From: an uncultured Bacteroidales bacterium
GTDB lineage: Bacteria > Bacteroidota > Bacteroidia > Bacteroidales > UBA12077
DNA length: 64,000 nt
Direction of reading: 5' to 3'
Assembly: GCA_964606845.1 (NCBI GenBank)
Contig: CAZSIC010000004.1
Span: 205 to 64,204 of the forward strand
This document shows positions 1-10,849 of this stretch, in pieces (position 1 is the stretch's first letter; each line of letters begins with the position of its first letter). The notes below the pieces were generated by a model. The model worked only from the letters and a program-made list of their open reading frames with translations, did no database searches and was not told the DNA's origin. The translations under genes were made by a program, and so were the position numbers.

Positions 1-1
1 A

Positions 2-3000
2 GAGGGTGTTAAATACCTGGACTTTTTAACCGAAGAAGAATATCTTGATATATTAGAGACTTTACCAAAAGAAAATCAATATTTAGATGATTCTGATCCA
101 AATAAGTTTATTGCTGATATGGGAGCCGAAGCTCTTCATAAATTGCTTGAACGTATCGATTTGGATGAATTGTCTTATGATCTTCGCCATAAAGCAAATA
201 CCGAGACTTCACAACAACGTAAGAATGAAGCTTTAAAAAGACTTCAGGTTGTTGAAGCATTTCGTGCTTCTAAAGGTGTTAACCGACCAGAATGGATGGT
301 GGTTAAAGTGGTGCCTGTAATTCCTCCTGAATTACGCCCCCTTGTACCTCTTGATGGTGGTAGGTTTGCCACATCAGACTTAAACGATCTTTACAGAAGG
401 GTTATAATTAGAAATAACCGTCTTAAACGATTAATAGAGATCAAAGCTCCTGAAGTAATCTTACGTAACGAAATACGTATGTTCCAGGAAGCTGTTGATT
501 CATTATTCGATAATTCAAGAAAATCGAATGCTGTAAAAACAGATTCTAACAGAGCTTTAAAATCTTTAAGCGATAGTTTAAAAGGTAAACAGGGACGTTT
601 CCGTCAGAATTTACTTGGTAAACGTGTTGACTATTCAGCCCGTTCTGTAATTGTTGTAGGGCCGGAATTGAAACTGCATGAGTGTGGTTTACCAAAAGAT
701 ATGGCTGCCGAACTTTACAAACCTTTTGTAATACGTAAATTAATTGAACGAGGTATTGTAAAAACAGTAAAATCAGCAAAGAAAATTGTTGATCGTAAAG
801 ACCCAGTGGTTTGGGATATTTTGGAAAATGTACTTAAAGGACATCCTGTAATGCTTAACCGTGCTCCAACATTGCACAGGCTCGGTATCCAGGCTTTCCA
901 ACCTAAGTTAATTGAAGGTAAAGCAATTCAATTGCATCCATTAGCTTGTACAGCATTTAATGCCGACTTCGATGGTGATCAAATGGCCGTTCATTTACCT
1001 TTAGGCAATGCTGCAATTCTAGAAACTCAAATGTTGATGCTAGCATCACATAATATTTTAAATCCGGCTAATGGTGCACCAATTACTGTACCATCACAGG
1101 ATATGGTGCTTGGTTTGTATTATATTACAAAACAAAGAGCTGGCGTTAAAGGAGAAGGTTTGAAATTTTATTCGCCAGAAGAAGTAACAATCGCTTATAA
1201 CGAAGGTGCAGTTGCTTTACATGCAAGCATTAAAGTAAAGGTTGATGACATTGTTGAAGGCAAACATGTCAATCATATCATAGAAACCACGGTAGGACGT
1301 GTTATTTTTAATCAATATGTACCTAAAGGAGTTGGGTTTATCAATCAATTGTTGACCAAAAAATCATTAAGAGATATTATTGGTACTGTACTGAAAAAAA
1401 CTGGAACTGAAGCAACATCGAATTTTCTGGATCATATTAAAGATATGGGTTACCAGACGGCTTTCAAAGGTGGATTGTCATTTAACCTGGATGATGTGAT
1501 TATTCCTGATGAAAAAGAAATATTGGTTAACGATGGATATGAACAGGTAGAAGAGGTATTGAATAACTACAACATGGGTTTTATTACCAATAATGAGCGT
1601 TATAACCAAATTATTGATATTTGGACCCATATAAATGCTAAGTTAACTCAAACATTAATGAAAAAGTTAATTACCGACAATCAGGGATTCAATTCGGTAT
1701 ATATGATGCTCGATTCCGGTGCCAGAGGTTCTAAAGAACAGATTCGTCAGTTATCAGGAATGAGGGGATTGATGGCAAAACCGCAAAAGTCTGGTACTTC
1801 AGGATCTGAAATTATTGAAAATCCGATTCTTTCAAACTTTAAAGAAGGATTATCAGTACTCGAGTACTTTATATCAACCCACGGTGCTCGTAAAGGTTTG
1901 GCTGATACGGCTCTTAAAACAGCCGATGCTGGATACCTTACTCGTCGTTTGGTAGATGTTTCTCAAGATGTTATTATTACTGAGCAAGACTGTGGAACAT
2001 TACGTGGACTAGTGGCAACAGCCATTAAGAAAAACGAAGAAGTGGTGGAAACATTATATGAGAGAATATTAGGTAGAACTACCGTTCATGATGTTTACCA
2101 TCCGCTGTCAGGAGAATTGATTATCGGTACCGGTGAAGAAGTTACCGAAGAGATTGCTAGGAAAATTGATGATTCTCCGATTGAGCAAATTGAAATTCGT
2201 TCGGTATTAACTTGCGAGTCAAAGAATGGTGTTTGTGGTAAATGTTATGGTAGAAACCTTCCAACCGGAAAGATGGTTCAGAAAGGTGAGGCTGTTGGAG
2301 TTATCGCTGCACAATCAATTGGTGAACCTGGTACACAGCTTACCTTAAGGACATTCCACGTGGGTGGTACAGCTTCAAATATTGCCGCTGATTCCAGTGT
2401 AGTAGCAAAATATGATGGTACCGTTGAGATTGACGAGCTTAGAATTGTTGAAAAAAACGAAGAGGGCAAAAAGATTGATATCGTAATCGGACGTTTGGCC
2501 GAAATGCGAATTATCGATAAAAATACCGGTATTGTACTTTCAACTCACAATATACCTTATGGTTCCCGACTATATGTTAAAAATGGTGCCGAAGTAAAAA
2601 AAGGGACAATGATTTGTGATTGGGATCCATACAATGCTTTGATTATTTCTGAAGCAACCGGGAAGTTGTCTTTCGAGAATCTTATCGAAGGAGTTACGTT
2701 TAAAGAGGAATCGGATGAACAAACCGGTTTTAGAGAAAAAGTAATTATCGAAACCAGAGATAAAAAGAAAAATCCAACGGTTAAATTAATTGGTCAGGAT
2801 GGAGAAATCATAAAGACATATAACTTACCTGTTGGTGCGCATATAAGCATTGATGACGGACAGGAAGTTAAGTCAGGTGAAATATTGGCAAAATTACCTA
2901 GAGCCGTAGGAAAATCGGGTGATATTACCGGTGGTTTACCTCGTGTTACCGAGCTGTTCGAAGCAAGAAACCCATCCAATCCGGCTGTTGTTTCTGAAAT

Positions 3001-3808
3001 TGATGGAGAGGTTGCTTTTGGTAAAATTAAACGTGGTAACCGTGAGATCATTATTAAATCGAAAACCGGTGAGGTTAAAAAATACCTTGTACCATTGTCG
3101 AAACAAATTCTGGTTCAGGAAAACGATTATGTTCGTGCAGGTATTCCATTATCTGATGGAGCCATTACACCTTCTGATATTTTGGCTATTAAAGGGCCAA
3201 CAATGGTTCAGGAGTATATTGTGAACGAGGTTCAGGAAGTGTATCGATTACAAGGTGTAAAAATTAATGATAAGCATTTTGAAGTAATCGTTCGCCAGAT
3301 GATGCGTAAGGTAATTATTGAAGATCCGGGAGATACCAAATTCCTTGAGAAACAGGTAGTTGATAAGTGGGTGTTTATGGATGAGAACGATTGGATTTAT
3401 GATAAAAAATTGATAAGCGATCCGGGAGATTCTCAAATTTTCAGGGCAGGACAAATTGTTACTGCACGTAAGTTGAGAGATGAGAATTCAATCCTTAAAC
3501 GTAAGGATTTAAAACTTGTTGACGCGAGAGATGCTGTACCAGCAACATCAAGTCAGGTATTGCAGGGTATAACCAAAGCTGCGCTTCAGACTAAGAGCTT
3601 CATGTCTGCTGCTTCTTTCCAGGAAACAACTAAAGTATTGAACGAAGCGGCTATTCACGGGAAAGTGGATAAACTTGAAGGATTGAAAGAAAATGTTATT
3701 GTAGGACATAAAATTCCTGCAGGTACAGGATTACGTGACTATGACAAGATTATTGTCGGCTCAAAAGAAGAATATGACAATCTGATGTCCGCCAAAGAAC
3801 GCGAATAA
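2..3808 (+). CDS. rpoC: DNA-directed RNA polymerase subunit beta' (5' end cut by window edge)
   Basis: Frame is open from nt 2. Contains NADFDGDQM (catalytic Asp triad) and [13 protein letters not shown]. More than 1229 aa. Confidence 0.98.
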   Translation, partial: EGVKYLDFLTEEEYLDILETLPKENQYLDDSDPNKFIADMGAEALHKLLERIDLDELSYDLRHKANTETSQQRKNEALKRLQVVEAFRASKGVNRPEWMVVKVVPVIPPELRPLVPLDGGRFATSDLNDLYRRVIIRNNRLKRLIEIKAPEVILRNEIRMFQEAVDSLFDNSRKSNAVKTDSNRALKSLSDSLKGKQGRFRQNLLGKRVDYSARSVIVVGPELKLHECGLPKDMAAELYKPFVIRKLIERGIVKTVKSAKKIVDRKDPVVWDILENVLKGHPVMLNRAPTLHRLGIQAFQPKLIEGKAIQLHPLACTAFNADFDGDQMAVHLPLGNAAILETQMLMLASHNILNPANGAPITVPSQDMVLGLYYITKQRAGVKGEGLKFYSPEEVTIAYNEGAVALHASIKVKVDDIVEGKHVNHIIETTVGRVIFNQYVPKGVGFINQLLTKKSLRDIIGTVLKKTGTEATSNFLDHIKDMGYQTAFKGGLSFNLDDVIIPDEKEILVNDGYEQVEEVLNNYNMGFITNNERYNQIIDIWTHINAKLTQTLMKKLITDNQGFNSVYMMLDSGARGSKEQIRQLSGMRGLMAKPQKSGTSGSEIIENPILSNFKEGLSVLEYFISTHGARKGLADTALKTADAGYLTRRLVDVSQDVIITEQDCGTLRGLVATAIKKNEEVVETLYERILGRTTVHDVYHPLSGELIIGTGEEVTEEIARKIDDSPIEQIEIRSVLTCESKNGVCGKCYGRNLPTGKMVQKGEAVGVIAAQSIGEPGTQLTLRTFHVGGTASNIAADSSVVAKYDGTVEIDELRIVEKNEEGKKIDIVIGRLAEMRIIDKNTGIVLSTHNIPYGSRLYVKNGAEVKKGTMICDWDPYNALIISEATGKLSFENLIEGVTFKEESDEQTGFREKVIIETRDKKKNPTVKLIGQDGEIIKTYNLPVGAHISIDDGQEVKSGEILAKLPRAVGKSGDITGGLPRVTELFEARNPSNPAVVSEIDGEVAFGKIKRGNREIIIKSKTGEVKKYLVPLSKQILVQENDYVRAGIPLSDGAITPSDILAIKGPTMVQEYIVNEVQEVYRLQGVKINDKHFEVIVRQMMRKVIIEDPGDTKFLEKQVVDKWVFMDENDWIYDKKLISDPGDSQIFRAGQIVTARKLRDENSILKRKDLKLVDARDAVPATSSQVLQGITKAALQTKSFMSAASFQETTKVLNEAAIHGKVDKLEGLKENVIVGHKIPAGTGLRDYDKIIVGSKEEYDNLMSAKERE

Positions 3809-3833
3809 TACTTGCAACAAAAAAGATATAATC

Positions 3834-4157
3834 ATGGAAGACGAAAAAAAACAACGAAAAGGTCAAATAAATATTGATTTAAAAGAAGAGGTTGCGCAGG
3901 GTGTTTATTCAAACTTAGCTGTAATTACTCATTCGAGCGCTGAATTTGTGCTTGATTTTGTAAGAGTAATGCCTGGTGTTCCTAAAGCGGAAGTAAAATC
4001 AAGAATTATTCTTACTCCTGAACATGCTAAGCGTTTTTTCAATGCATTAAAAGATAATCTTGAGAAATTCGAGAAAATGCACGGTCCGATAAAAAAATCT
4101 GATGGTGGAGGGCCTTCTATGCCAATGAATTTTGGTGGTCCTACTGCCCAGGCATAA
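3834..4157 (+). CDS. DUF3467-like small protein
   Basis: 107-aa ORF 25 nt after rpoC. It resembles the small conserved protein that commonly follows rpoC in Bacteroidota. Family recognised from memory only. Confidence 0.7.
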   Translation: MEDEKKQRKGQINIDLKEEVAQGVYSNLAVITHSSAEFVLDFVRVMPGVPKAEVKSRIILTPEHAKRFFNALKDNLEKFEKMHGPIKKSDGGGPSMPMNFGGPTAQA

Positions 4158-4168
4158 AATTTTTATTA

Positions 4169-4202
4169 AAAAAAACCATCTCTTCTAGTGATGGTTTTTT
4201 TG
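4169..4202. terminator. Bidirectional rho-independent terminator
   Basis: Stem ACCATC/GATGGT (4175-4180 / 4190-4195) with an A-tract before and a T-tract after. It lies between convergent genes. Confidence 0.6.
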
Positions 4203-4204
4203 TT

Positions 4205-5689
4205 TTATAGTACCGGAGATAGTAATCTTACGATTGACTCTTTTAATTTAATTCGTAAAGGACGATTTTCCCATTCATCTGAGGTAATCTGCTCGCTATT
4301 TTCCAAATCAGAATAATATTGACTTTTCATTAAAGTATTAAACGCATCATCGTATATAATGGCATTAACCTCAAAGTTATAGTCAAAACTTCTGTAATCC
4401 ATATTTGCCGAACCAATGATGCTTAAATTATGATCAACAATCATTGTTTTGGCATGCACAAATCCTTTTGAGTACCTGTAAATTTTTACTCCAGAAGCTA
4501 ATAATTCATAATAATAGGTGTTAGATGCTGAATTTAAAAGCCATGAATCTGATTGTTTGGGTACCAGCAACCTTACATCTACCCCGCTTAGAGCTGCTTG
4601 TTTCAATGCTGTTATTATTCCCTCGTTAGGAATAACATAAGGCATGGTAATAAAACACTCTTTTTCTGCATCTACAATGGCTTTAAAATAAGCTGTCATT
4701 ACTGTTTCTCTTAATAAATCAGGGCCACCCGAAATAATTTGTACCAGTTTATTTGAACCATTATTCTCTAACTTTGGAAAAAAACGAGAATTGTATAGTA
4801 ATGTTTGTTCTGATGAAAATTGCCAATCGAGTAAAAAAATATATTGTAAATATCGAACGGCAGGCCCTTCGATCTTAAGTTGTGTGTCACGCCAGAAGTA
4901 AAAGTTTTTATCAAGAAGATCATTGGAATATTTATCACTTAAATTTATTCCTCCGGTGAAACCAGTTTTACCATCAATTACTACAATTTTCCTATGATTT
5001 CTGTAATTAATCCGGTTTGCCATGGAGGGAAAATAAGTCTTATAAAATGGAAATATCTCAATTCCTGCTTTTTGGAGTTCATTTATGCTTTTGTTTTTTA
5101 AATGGCGTGAGCCAACATCATCATATATGATTCTCACAGAAATACCTTCATTTCTTTTTTTTATTAAAATGGATTTTAACCGCTCAAATAAAACTCCATT
5201 TTCTATAATAAAATATTCGATATGGATGTGATCTTTTGCATTTTCTAAAGAATTAAATATTTCAGGAACTTTTTGTTCTCCATTAATAAGTAGTTTTAAC
5301 TGATTTCTATCAGTTAACCCGAAATAATTATCATTTAAAAGCATTTTAGCAAGTAGTGATTTATTACCAAAAATATCATGATTTTTTTTGATTAATTCTT
5401 CCGAACTGTTTCTTATTTGTTCTTTTAGCTTATGAATGAAATATCTGTCTGAATCTTTTTTGGATTCAAACATTTTTTTTCGGCGGTAATTTCTTCCCAA
5501 AAAGAAATACACAATTAATCCAATTCCAGGCAAAGCAAAGAGTAAAAGGATAAGTGCTGAGGCCCTTATCGGATTTCGGTTTTCAAGTAAAATAAATATG
5601 GAAACAATGATTGAGGTAACGATGATGGCGATAAAAAATAGTTGGCTAAGTAGTTTAAAATTAGAAATAATGAAAGTCAGCAAATTCAT
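4205..5689 (-). CDS. cls: Cardiolipin synthase (phospholipase D family)
   Basis: Two HKD motifs (HRKIVVIDG.., HAKTMIVDH..) and two N-terminal TM helices. 494 aa. Confidence 0.9.
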   Translation of the reverse strand: MNLLTFIISNFKLLSQLFFIAIIVTSIIVSIFILLENRNPIRASALILLLFALPGIGLIVYFFLGRNYRRKKMFESKKDSDRYFIHKLKEQIRNSSEELIKKNHDIFGNKSLLAKMLLNDNYFGLTDRNQLKLLINGEQKVPEIFNSLENAKDHIHIEYFIIENGVLFERLKSILIKKRNEGISVRIIYDDVGSRHLKNKSINELQKAGIEIFPFYKTYFPSMANRINYRNHRKIVVIDGKTGFTGGINLSDKYSNDLLDKNFYFWRDTQLKIEGPAVRYLQYIFLLDWQFSSEQTLLYNSRFFPKLENNGSNKLVQIISGGPDLLRETVMTAYFKAIVDAEKECFITMPYVIPNEGIITALKQAALSGVDVRLLVPKQSDSWLLNSASNTYYYELLASGVKIYRYSKGFVHAKTMIVDHNLSIIGSANMDYRSFDYNFEVNAIIYDDAFNTLMKSQYYSDLENSEQITSDEWENRPLRIKLKESIVRLLSPVL

Positions 5690-5779
5690 CAGGAGGTGTT
5701 TTTAATAATTGAAACCTAAATTTATTCATTTTAGGCGATTTATCAAATTATGAATAATAAAAATGACACACACTCTATA

Positions 5780-5964
5780 AAGCCACTAGTGTCTTGTCAA
5801 CGCTATTTTAGTCAGCCCAAGTCTTGTTCTTTTTCCTCAGCTCGGCAAAATAAATTCTTTACGTAGCTTCGGCTATGTGCAGAATTTCTTTTTTGATCTG
5901 AGAAAAAATTATTGCGACTTAACCGACACAATAGCATTGACACGACACTAGCCTATGAAGGCTT
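5780..5964. repeat. About 185-nt imperfect long palindrome (hairpin or MITE-like element)
   Basis: Left arm (ctagtgtcttgtcaacgctatt..) is the reverse complement of the right arm (..aatagcattgacacgacactag). Inner segments also pair. The apex is gc-TTCG-gc at 5868-5871. Confidence 0.6.
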
Positions 5965-5993
5965 TGAAATCGCTTAGGGCTGATATTGACAGA

Positions 5994-7218
5994 TTATAAA
6001 ATAAAAAGTCTCCAAATTAAATAATATATTCCTGAGAATGTTAATACTACTAATCCTATCCATGATAAAATTCTGAGCCAGCGTTTCGGTTTATGCTCTT
6101 CAGATACATTTTTTCCCATCACCACTTTAAAATTTAAATAGCCCAGAATTGGTGCAGTTAAAAAAGATAACGTTGTAGCTAAATCGACCAAAAAACTCAT
6201 CCCTTTCAAAAAGAATAAAAGAATAAAAGAATAAGAATCGTCCCGGAAAGCAGAACAATTAACCACATCCATGATAACCAATTCTAGTTATCTGAATCAT
6301 TCTTTTTCAATTTAGGAAATAAAAGTTCGGTCGTTGGTTTTAAAACTCTGGGGTATGCATCTAAACAGGTTAGCGTTGTACTCGACATGGTGGTTAATGC
6401 AGCCACAGCAATAAAAATATAGGCCCAGCTGCCCAGGTTGGTTGTAAACAAATGAATTAATTGCCCTGCAAAAACAGTCCCGTTTTCAGAAAAAGTGTTA
6501 CCAGTACCATACATTTCCAATGCTCCCAGTGATAGAAATCCTAAAGATAAAATGGCTGTTCCGATATAGCCAATATTAAAATCAAATAAAGATTCTTTTA
6601 CCGAAGGAATATGTTTCCCTTGTTTACTTTTTGCAACCGACCAGAAGGAATGCCACACCGAAATATCTATGGCTGAGGGCATCCAGCCGGCAAAAGCAAT
6701 CAAAAGAGCAATATCTCCAAAATCCCAGTTAAAAGTATTGGTAAATTCAGGGTTGGGGTTAAATCCTTTTGTAAATGCTGAAACAACAGCTATAATAGTT
6801 GATAAAGCCAATAAAACGATGATAATTTTGATGATCTTATCTAGAAAAGAATATTTTCCAAATGCCACAATAGTGGTTGCAATAGCTAAAATAGCTACCG
6901 ACCAGGTAATCAGATTCAATGTATTAGGAAATACAAATGAAACCCTCATGCACTGTTTTACACAACAAGGATATGAATAAAACATGAGGGTTCGCTGAAC
7001 ACCTTAAAAATAAACAATCGTGTGAGGCAACAAATACCATTAAAGACAAATAGAAAAATATAACATTCAAATATTAAGTAGTTTAACCAAAATATATTCG
7101 AATGAAAACCATAAATAGCTCCGGCACGTGTTGATTGCACTAAATGTGATACTCCAATGGCAGCGCCTGCCCATAATAATCCCGGACCAAGCGATTTTAT
7201 GGTATTCTTAAAGATCAT
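5994..7218 (-). pseudogene. Nramp/MntH-family divalent metal transporter, disrupted
   Basis: Three consecutive minus-strand ORFs in different frames carry the N-terminal (GPGLLWAGAAIGVSHLVQSTRAGAIYGF), middle and C-terminal parts of one transporter. The 6990-7100 segment is unreadable in any frame. Confidence 0.65.
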
Positions 7219-7510
7219 CTTTTTATGATTTAGTTCGAAGCCATGTAAATTTAACGAGTATCAAACTTAAAAAACAAATTTTTTATGCTATTTTACAACT
7301 GATTCGAATCAAATTGAATATTATATACATATTTGCATAATTATTAGTAAGTTTGGATTCTTGTTTTCTAAGGCACTTATTTTTATATTTGCCCACTTAA
7401 AATATTTTATTTTTTAGACTATTTTGCTATTTGTATTTTTTTTAATACTATAATTTTAGTTGATAGTAGTTTGTAGTTTTTTAAGTAAAATATTTTTTCG
7501 AATCAAATTA

Positions 7511-7526
7511 TTAACAAAATTGTTAA
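7511..7526. promoter_or_regulatory. Palindrome TTAACAA-AA-TTGTTAA upstream of etfB (candidate operator)
   Basis: Perfect 7-nt arms with a 2-nt spacer, ending 28 nt before the etfB ATG. Confidence 0.3.
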
Positions 7527-7553
7527 CTTAAATAATCATAAAACTTTAAACGA

Positions 7554-8303
7554 ATGAAAATCCTAGTTTGCTTAAGTAATGTACCGGATACAACAACAAA
7601 AGCAAAGTTTGTAAACGATAATACAGCTTTTGATACCACCGGTGTACAATGGATTATTAATCCCTGGGATGAGCTTGCTTTAACCCGGGCTATTCAGCTA
7701 AAACAAGATGCTGCAAATTCAATCGAAAATATTACAGTTATTACTGTTGGCGAAAAAGATGCCGAGCCAACCATAAGAAAAGCATTAGCCATTGGTGCTG
7801 ACGATGCGGTACGTATCGATGCAGAACCTAAAGATGCTTATTTTGTTGCAGCTCAGATTGCCGAATATGTAAAAAATAATCCTTACGATATCATTTTTGC
7901 TGGTATTGAATCAAGTGATTATAATGGATCAGCTGTTGGAGGTATGTTATCAGAATTTTTAGATATTCCTTCTGTATCTGCAGTTTCTTCAGTTGATTTT
8001 GAAGATGGTGAACCAAATATTACTCGTGATATTGATGGCGGGCACGACAAAGTTGTTCCGGAGTTGCCGGTTGTTGCCATTGTACAAAAAGGAATTGCAA
8101 AAGAACCAATGATTGCTGCTATGCGTGGGATTATGATGGCTCGCAAAAAACCTTTAAATGTTGTTCAGCCTGTTGATGCTGATGCTTTAACCGAATTTGT
8201 AAAATTCGAGTTACCGCAACCTAAACCTCCATGTAAAATGGTTGAACCCGAAAATGTAAAAGAGTTAGTGGATATGCTTCAAAACGAAGCCAAAGTGCTT
8301 TAA
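7554..8303 (+). CDS. etfB: Electron transfer flavoprotein beta subunit
   Basis: 249 aa with a typical EtfB N-terminus (MKILVC..VPDT) and AMP-binding fold. Directly followed by etfA. Confidence 0.93.
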   Translation: MKILVCLSNVPDTTTKAKFVNDNTAFDTTGVQWIINPWDELALTRAIQLKQDAANSIENITVITVGEKDAEPTIRKALAIGADDAVRIDAEPKDAYFVAAQIAEYVKNNPYDIIFAGIESSDYNGSAVGGMLSEFLDIPSVSAVSSVDFEDGEPNITRDIDGGHDKVVPELPVVAIVQKGIAKEPMIAAMRGIMMARKKPLNVVQPVDADALTEFVKFELPQPKPPCKMVEPENVKELVDMLQNEAKVL

Positions 8304-8345
8304 CAGTTATTAATTAATAAATTGAGAATTTAACAAACTTAAGAT

Positions 8346-9302
8346 ATGTCAGTATTAGTATTTACAGAAAATTGGGACGGGAAATTTAAGAAGTTATCCT
8401 TCGAATTGGTTTCCTATGCAAATAAAGTTGCAGAAATGCTAAATACCCAAACCGTTGCCCTTTCCATTGGTGATGTGCAAGATGATGAATTAAAAAAGTT
8501 AAGCAATTACGGAGCCGATAAAGTGGTTTCTGTTAACAATGATAAATTAAAAGTGCTGGATAATCAGGCATACACTTCGGTGATTGCACAAGTTGCCGAA
8601 AAAGAAGGTGCAAAAGTTGTAGTTATTGCTCATAATAATATGGGTAAAGCTCTAGCTCCAAGATTATCGGTTAAATTAAAAGCAGGAGTTGGTTCAGCTG
8701 TAACTAAACTGCCTACAAGTGTTGAGCCGTTTACTATTTATAAAAAAGTCTTTTCTGGAAAAGCATTTGCCAATGTAGTAATTAAATCAAATATTAAGAT
8801 TCTTACGCTGGCTCAAAACTCTTTCGAGTTAATAGAAAATGCCAAAGATGCTTCAATTGAACAATTTGATGCTCAGGTAGGTGATATTAAAACCAGGGTA
8901 AAAGATGTTCAGAAACAAACGGGTCAATTATTGTTAACCGATGCCGAGATTGTTGTTTCGGCTGGGCGCGGTATGAAATCTCCTGATAATTGGGCCCCTG
9001 TTGAAGAACTTGCAAGCCTTCTAAATGGAGCTACTGCTTGTTCCCGTCCGGTTTCTGACGAAGGATGGAGGCCTCATGAAGAGCATACCGGGCAAACTGG
9101 AAAAATTATTGCTCCTAATCTTTATATCGCTATTGGTATTTCTGGTGCAATTCAACATTTGGCTGGTATTAGTGCATCGAAATGTATTGTAGCTATCAAT
9201 AACGATAAAGATGCACCGATTTTTGAAGCTGCCGATTACGGTGTTGTTGGCGACGCTCAAAAAGTGTTACCCGAATTGATTAAAGCTGTTAAAGAACTAT
9301 AA
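8346..9302 (+). CDS. etfA: Electron transfer flavoprotein alpha subunit
   Basis: 318 aa. C-terminal FAD region: VVSAGRG...CSRP...GQTGK...YIAIGISGAIQHLAG. Confidence 0.93.
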   Translation: MSVLVFTENWDGKFKKLSFELVSYANKVAEMLNTQTVALSIGDVQDDELKKLSNYGADKVVSVNNDKLKVLDNQAYTSVIAQVAEKEGAKVVVIAHNNMGKALAPRLSVKLKAGVGSAVTKLPTSVEPFTIYKKVFSGKAFANVVIKSNIKILTLAQNSFELIENAKDASIEQFDAQVGDIKTRVKDVQKQTGQLLLTDAEIVVSAGRGMKSPDNWAPVEELASLLNGATACSRPVSDEGWRPHEEHTGQTGKIIAPNLYIAIGISGAIQHLAGISASKCIVAINNDKDAPIFEAADYGVVGDAQKVLPELIKAVKEL

Positions 9303-9331
9303 CAACAGGATATTAATAATATGAATGAACC

Positions 9332-9378
9332 ACAAAGACAAAAGTTTTTTAAAAATCTTTTGTCTTTGTTTTTTTTTA
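9332..9378 (+). terminator. Rho-independent terminator after etfA
   Basis: 13-bp stem acaaagacaaaag/cttttgtctttgt followed by a T-run. Confidence 0.6.
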
Positions 9379-9473
9379 TTAATCAACCAGGATGTCGTTT
9401 ATGATAAAATTTGATTTATGAGGATTAATTTTTATTTTGGCACCTTATTTAAAATTAACTAAACTAATAAACA

Positions 9474-10790
9474 ATGGTCAATAGTATAATCTTTATTTTA
9501 TTGTTTGTTGCAGCAGTAGCATTCTTTTCCAGAAATGTTAAAAAGATATCGCGAAATATTAAGCTTGGAAAAGATATTGAAATAAAAGACAACCCTAAAA
9601 AAAGATGGTGGCTTGTGCTTAAAGTTGCTATCGGGCAGTCGAAAATGTTTGGATTCCCAATTGCTGCCATACTTCATATTTTTGTTTATGCCGGATTTAT
9701 CCTGGTAAATATTGAAATGATAGAAATTTTTATCGATGGTATTGCCGGAACTCATAGAGCCCTCTCTTTTTTAGGTGGCTTTTATCCGGTAATTATTGCT
9801 TTCTTCGAATTTTTTGCTTTATTGGTAATTTTTGGTTGTTTAATATTTCTTATCCGAAGAAATATTGTAAAAACCAATCGTTTTTGGAATCCTGAGATGA
9901 AAGGCTGGCCCAGGTTAGACGCAAATATTATTCTTTTTACAGAAATTATCTTGATGTCTTCTATTTTCTTTATGAATGCATCAGATGCTATTTTGCAAAC
10001 CCGTGGCATAGAGCATTACGATAAAGTAGGCGCATTCTTTTTTAGTTCTGTATTAATACCTGTAATAAATAATTTACCAACCGATACATTAATTATTATT
10101 GAGAGATCATGTTGGTGGTTACATATAGTGGGCGTACTTTTATTCTTAAACTATATTCCTTATTCAAAACATTTTCATGTATTCTTATCATTTGTAAATG
10201 TATTTTATTCTAAACTAGACCCAACAGGGAAAATTGTTAATATGCCTTCTATAACTAAAGAGGTAAAAAGTATGTTATCTGGTGAAGAGCCACCTATTGA
10301 AGAAGGAGATGAAGAAGCTTCTTTTGGAGCTCAGGATGTGAGGCAACTTACCTGGAAACATTTAATGGATTCTTATACTTGTACAGAATGTGGGCGTTGT
10401 AGCAGTGTTTGTCCTGCAAATATTACCGGGAAAAAACTTTCTCCTCGTAAACTGGTAATGGATGTTCGCGACAGGCTTGAATTGTTGGGTAAAGATATTG
10501 ATAAAAAAGGTATTGATTATGTTGATGATAAATCGTTATTCGATTATATTACTGCTGAAGAAATATGGGCTTGTACCACTTGTAATGCATGTACTGTTGC
10601 CTGTCCGGTAAATATCGACCAGGTGTCTTTAATTCTTGAGTTAAGAAGATATATTGTCATGGAACAGGCTGCTTCGCCCGGCGAGCTGAATGTTATTTTT
10701 AACAATATCGAAAATAATGGTGCTCCATGGCAATTCTCACAAGACGACAGAATGTTATGGGCTGAAGAACTTTATATAAATGATAAATAG
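9474..10790 (+). CDS. Membrane Fe-S oxidoreductase subunit (multi-TM N-terminus plus 2x[4Fe-4S] HdrC-like domain)
   Basis: Hydrophobic N-terminal half. CTECGRCSSVCP and CTTCNACTVACP motifs. Adjacent to etfBA. Confidence 0.8.
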   Translation: MVNSIIFILLFVAAVAFFSRNVKKISRNIKLGKDIEIKDNPKKRWWLVLKVAIGQSKMFGFPIAAILHIFVYAGFILVNIEMIEIFIDGIAGTHRALSFLGGFYPVIIAFFEFFALLVIFGCLIFLIRRNIVKTNRFWNPEMKGWPRLDANIILFTEIILMSSIFFMNASDAILQTRGIEHYDKVGAFFFSSVLIPVINNLPTDTLIIIERSCWWLHIVGVLLFLNYIPYSKHFHVFLSFVNVFYSKLDPTGKIVNMPSITKEVKSMLSGEEPPIEEGDEEASFGAQDVRQLTWKHLMDSYTCTECGRCSSVCPANITGKKLSPRKLVMDVRDRLELLGKDIDKKGIDYVDDKSLFDYITAEEIWACTTCNACTVACPVNIDQVSLILELRRYIVMEQAASPGELNVIFNNIENNGAPWQFSQDDRMLWAEELYINDK

Positions 10791-10849
10791 TTTAAAGTTT
10801 AAGTTCAATGAACAAAAACTCGAAACTCAAAACTCAAAACTAAATTATT

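Noticed and set aside
546-3454. Short ORFs inside or antisense to rpoC (546-779, 2278-2469, 2794-3051, 2919-3224, 3248-3454).
   Set aside because: They lie wholly within a strongly conserved gene and show low-complexity or implausible sequences. They are typical shadow ORFs.
10815-10844. Tandem heptamers AAACTC(G/A) x about 4 between the two Fe-S oxidoreductase genes. The similar TGAAATT/TTTGAAA repeats near hypA are a related case.
   Set aside because: Very short AT-rich microsatellite-like tracts. No evidence of function beyond what is reported for the hypA-flanking repeat.
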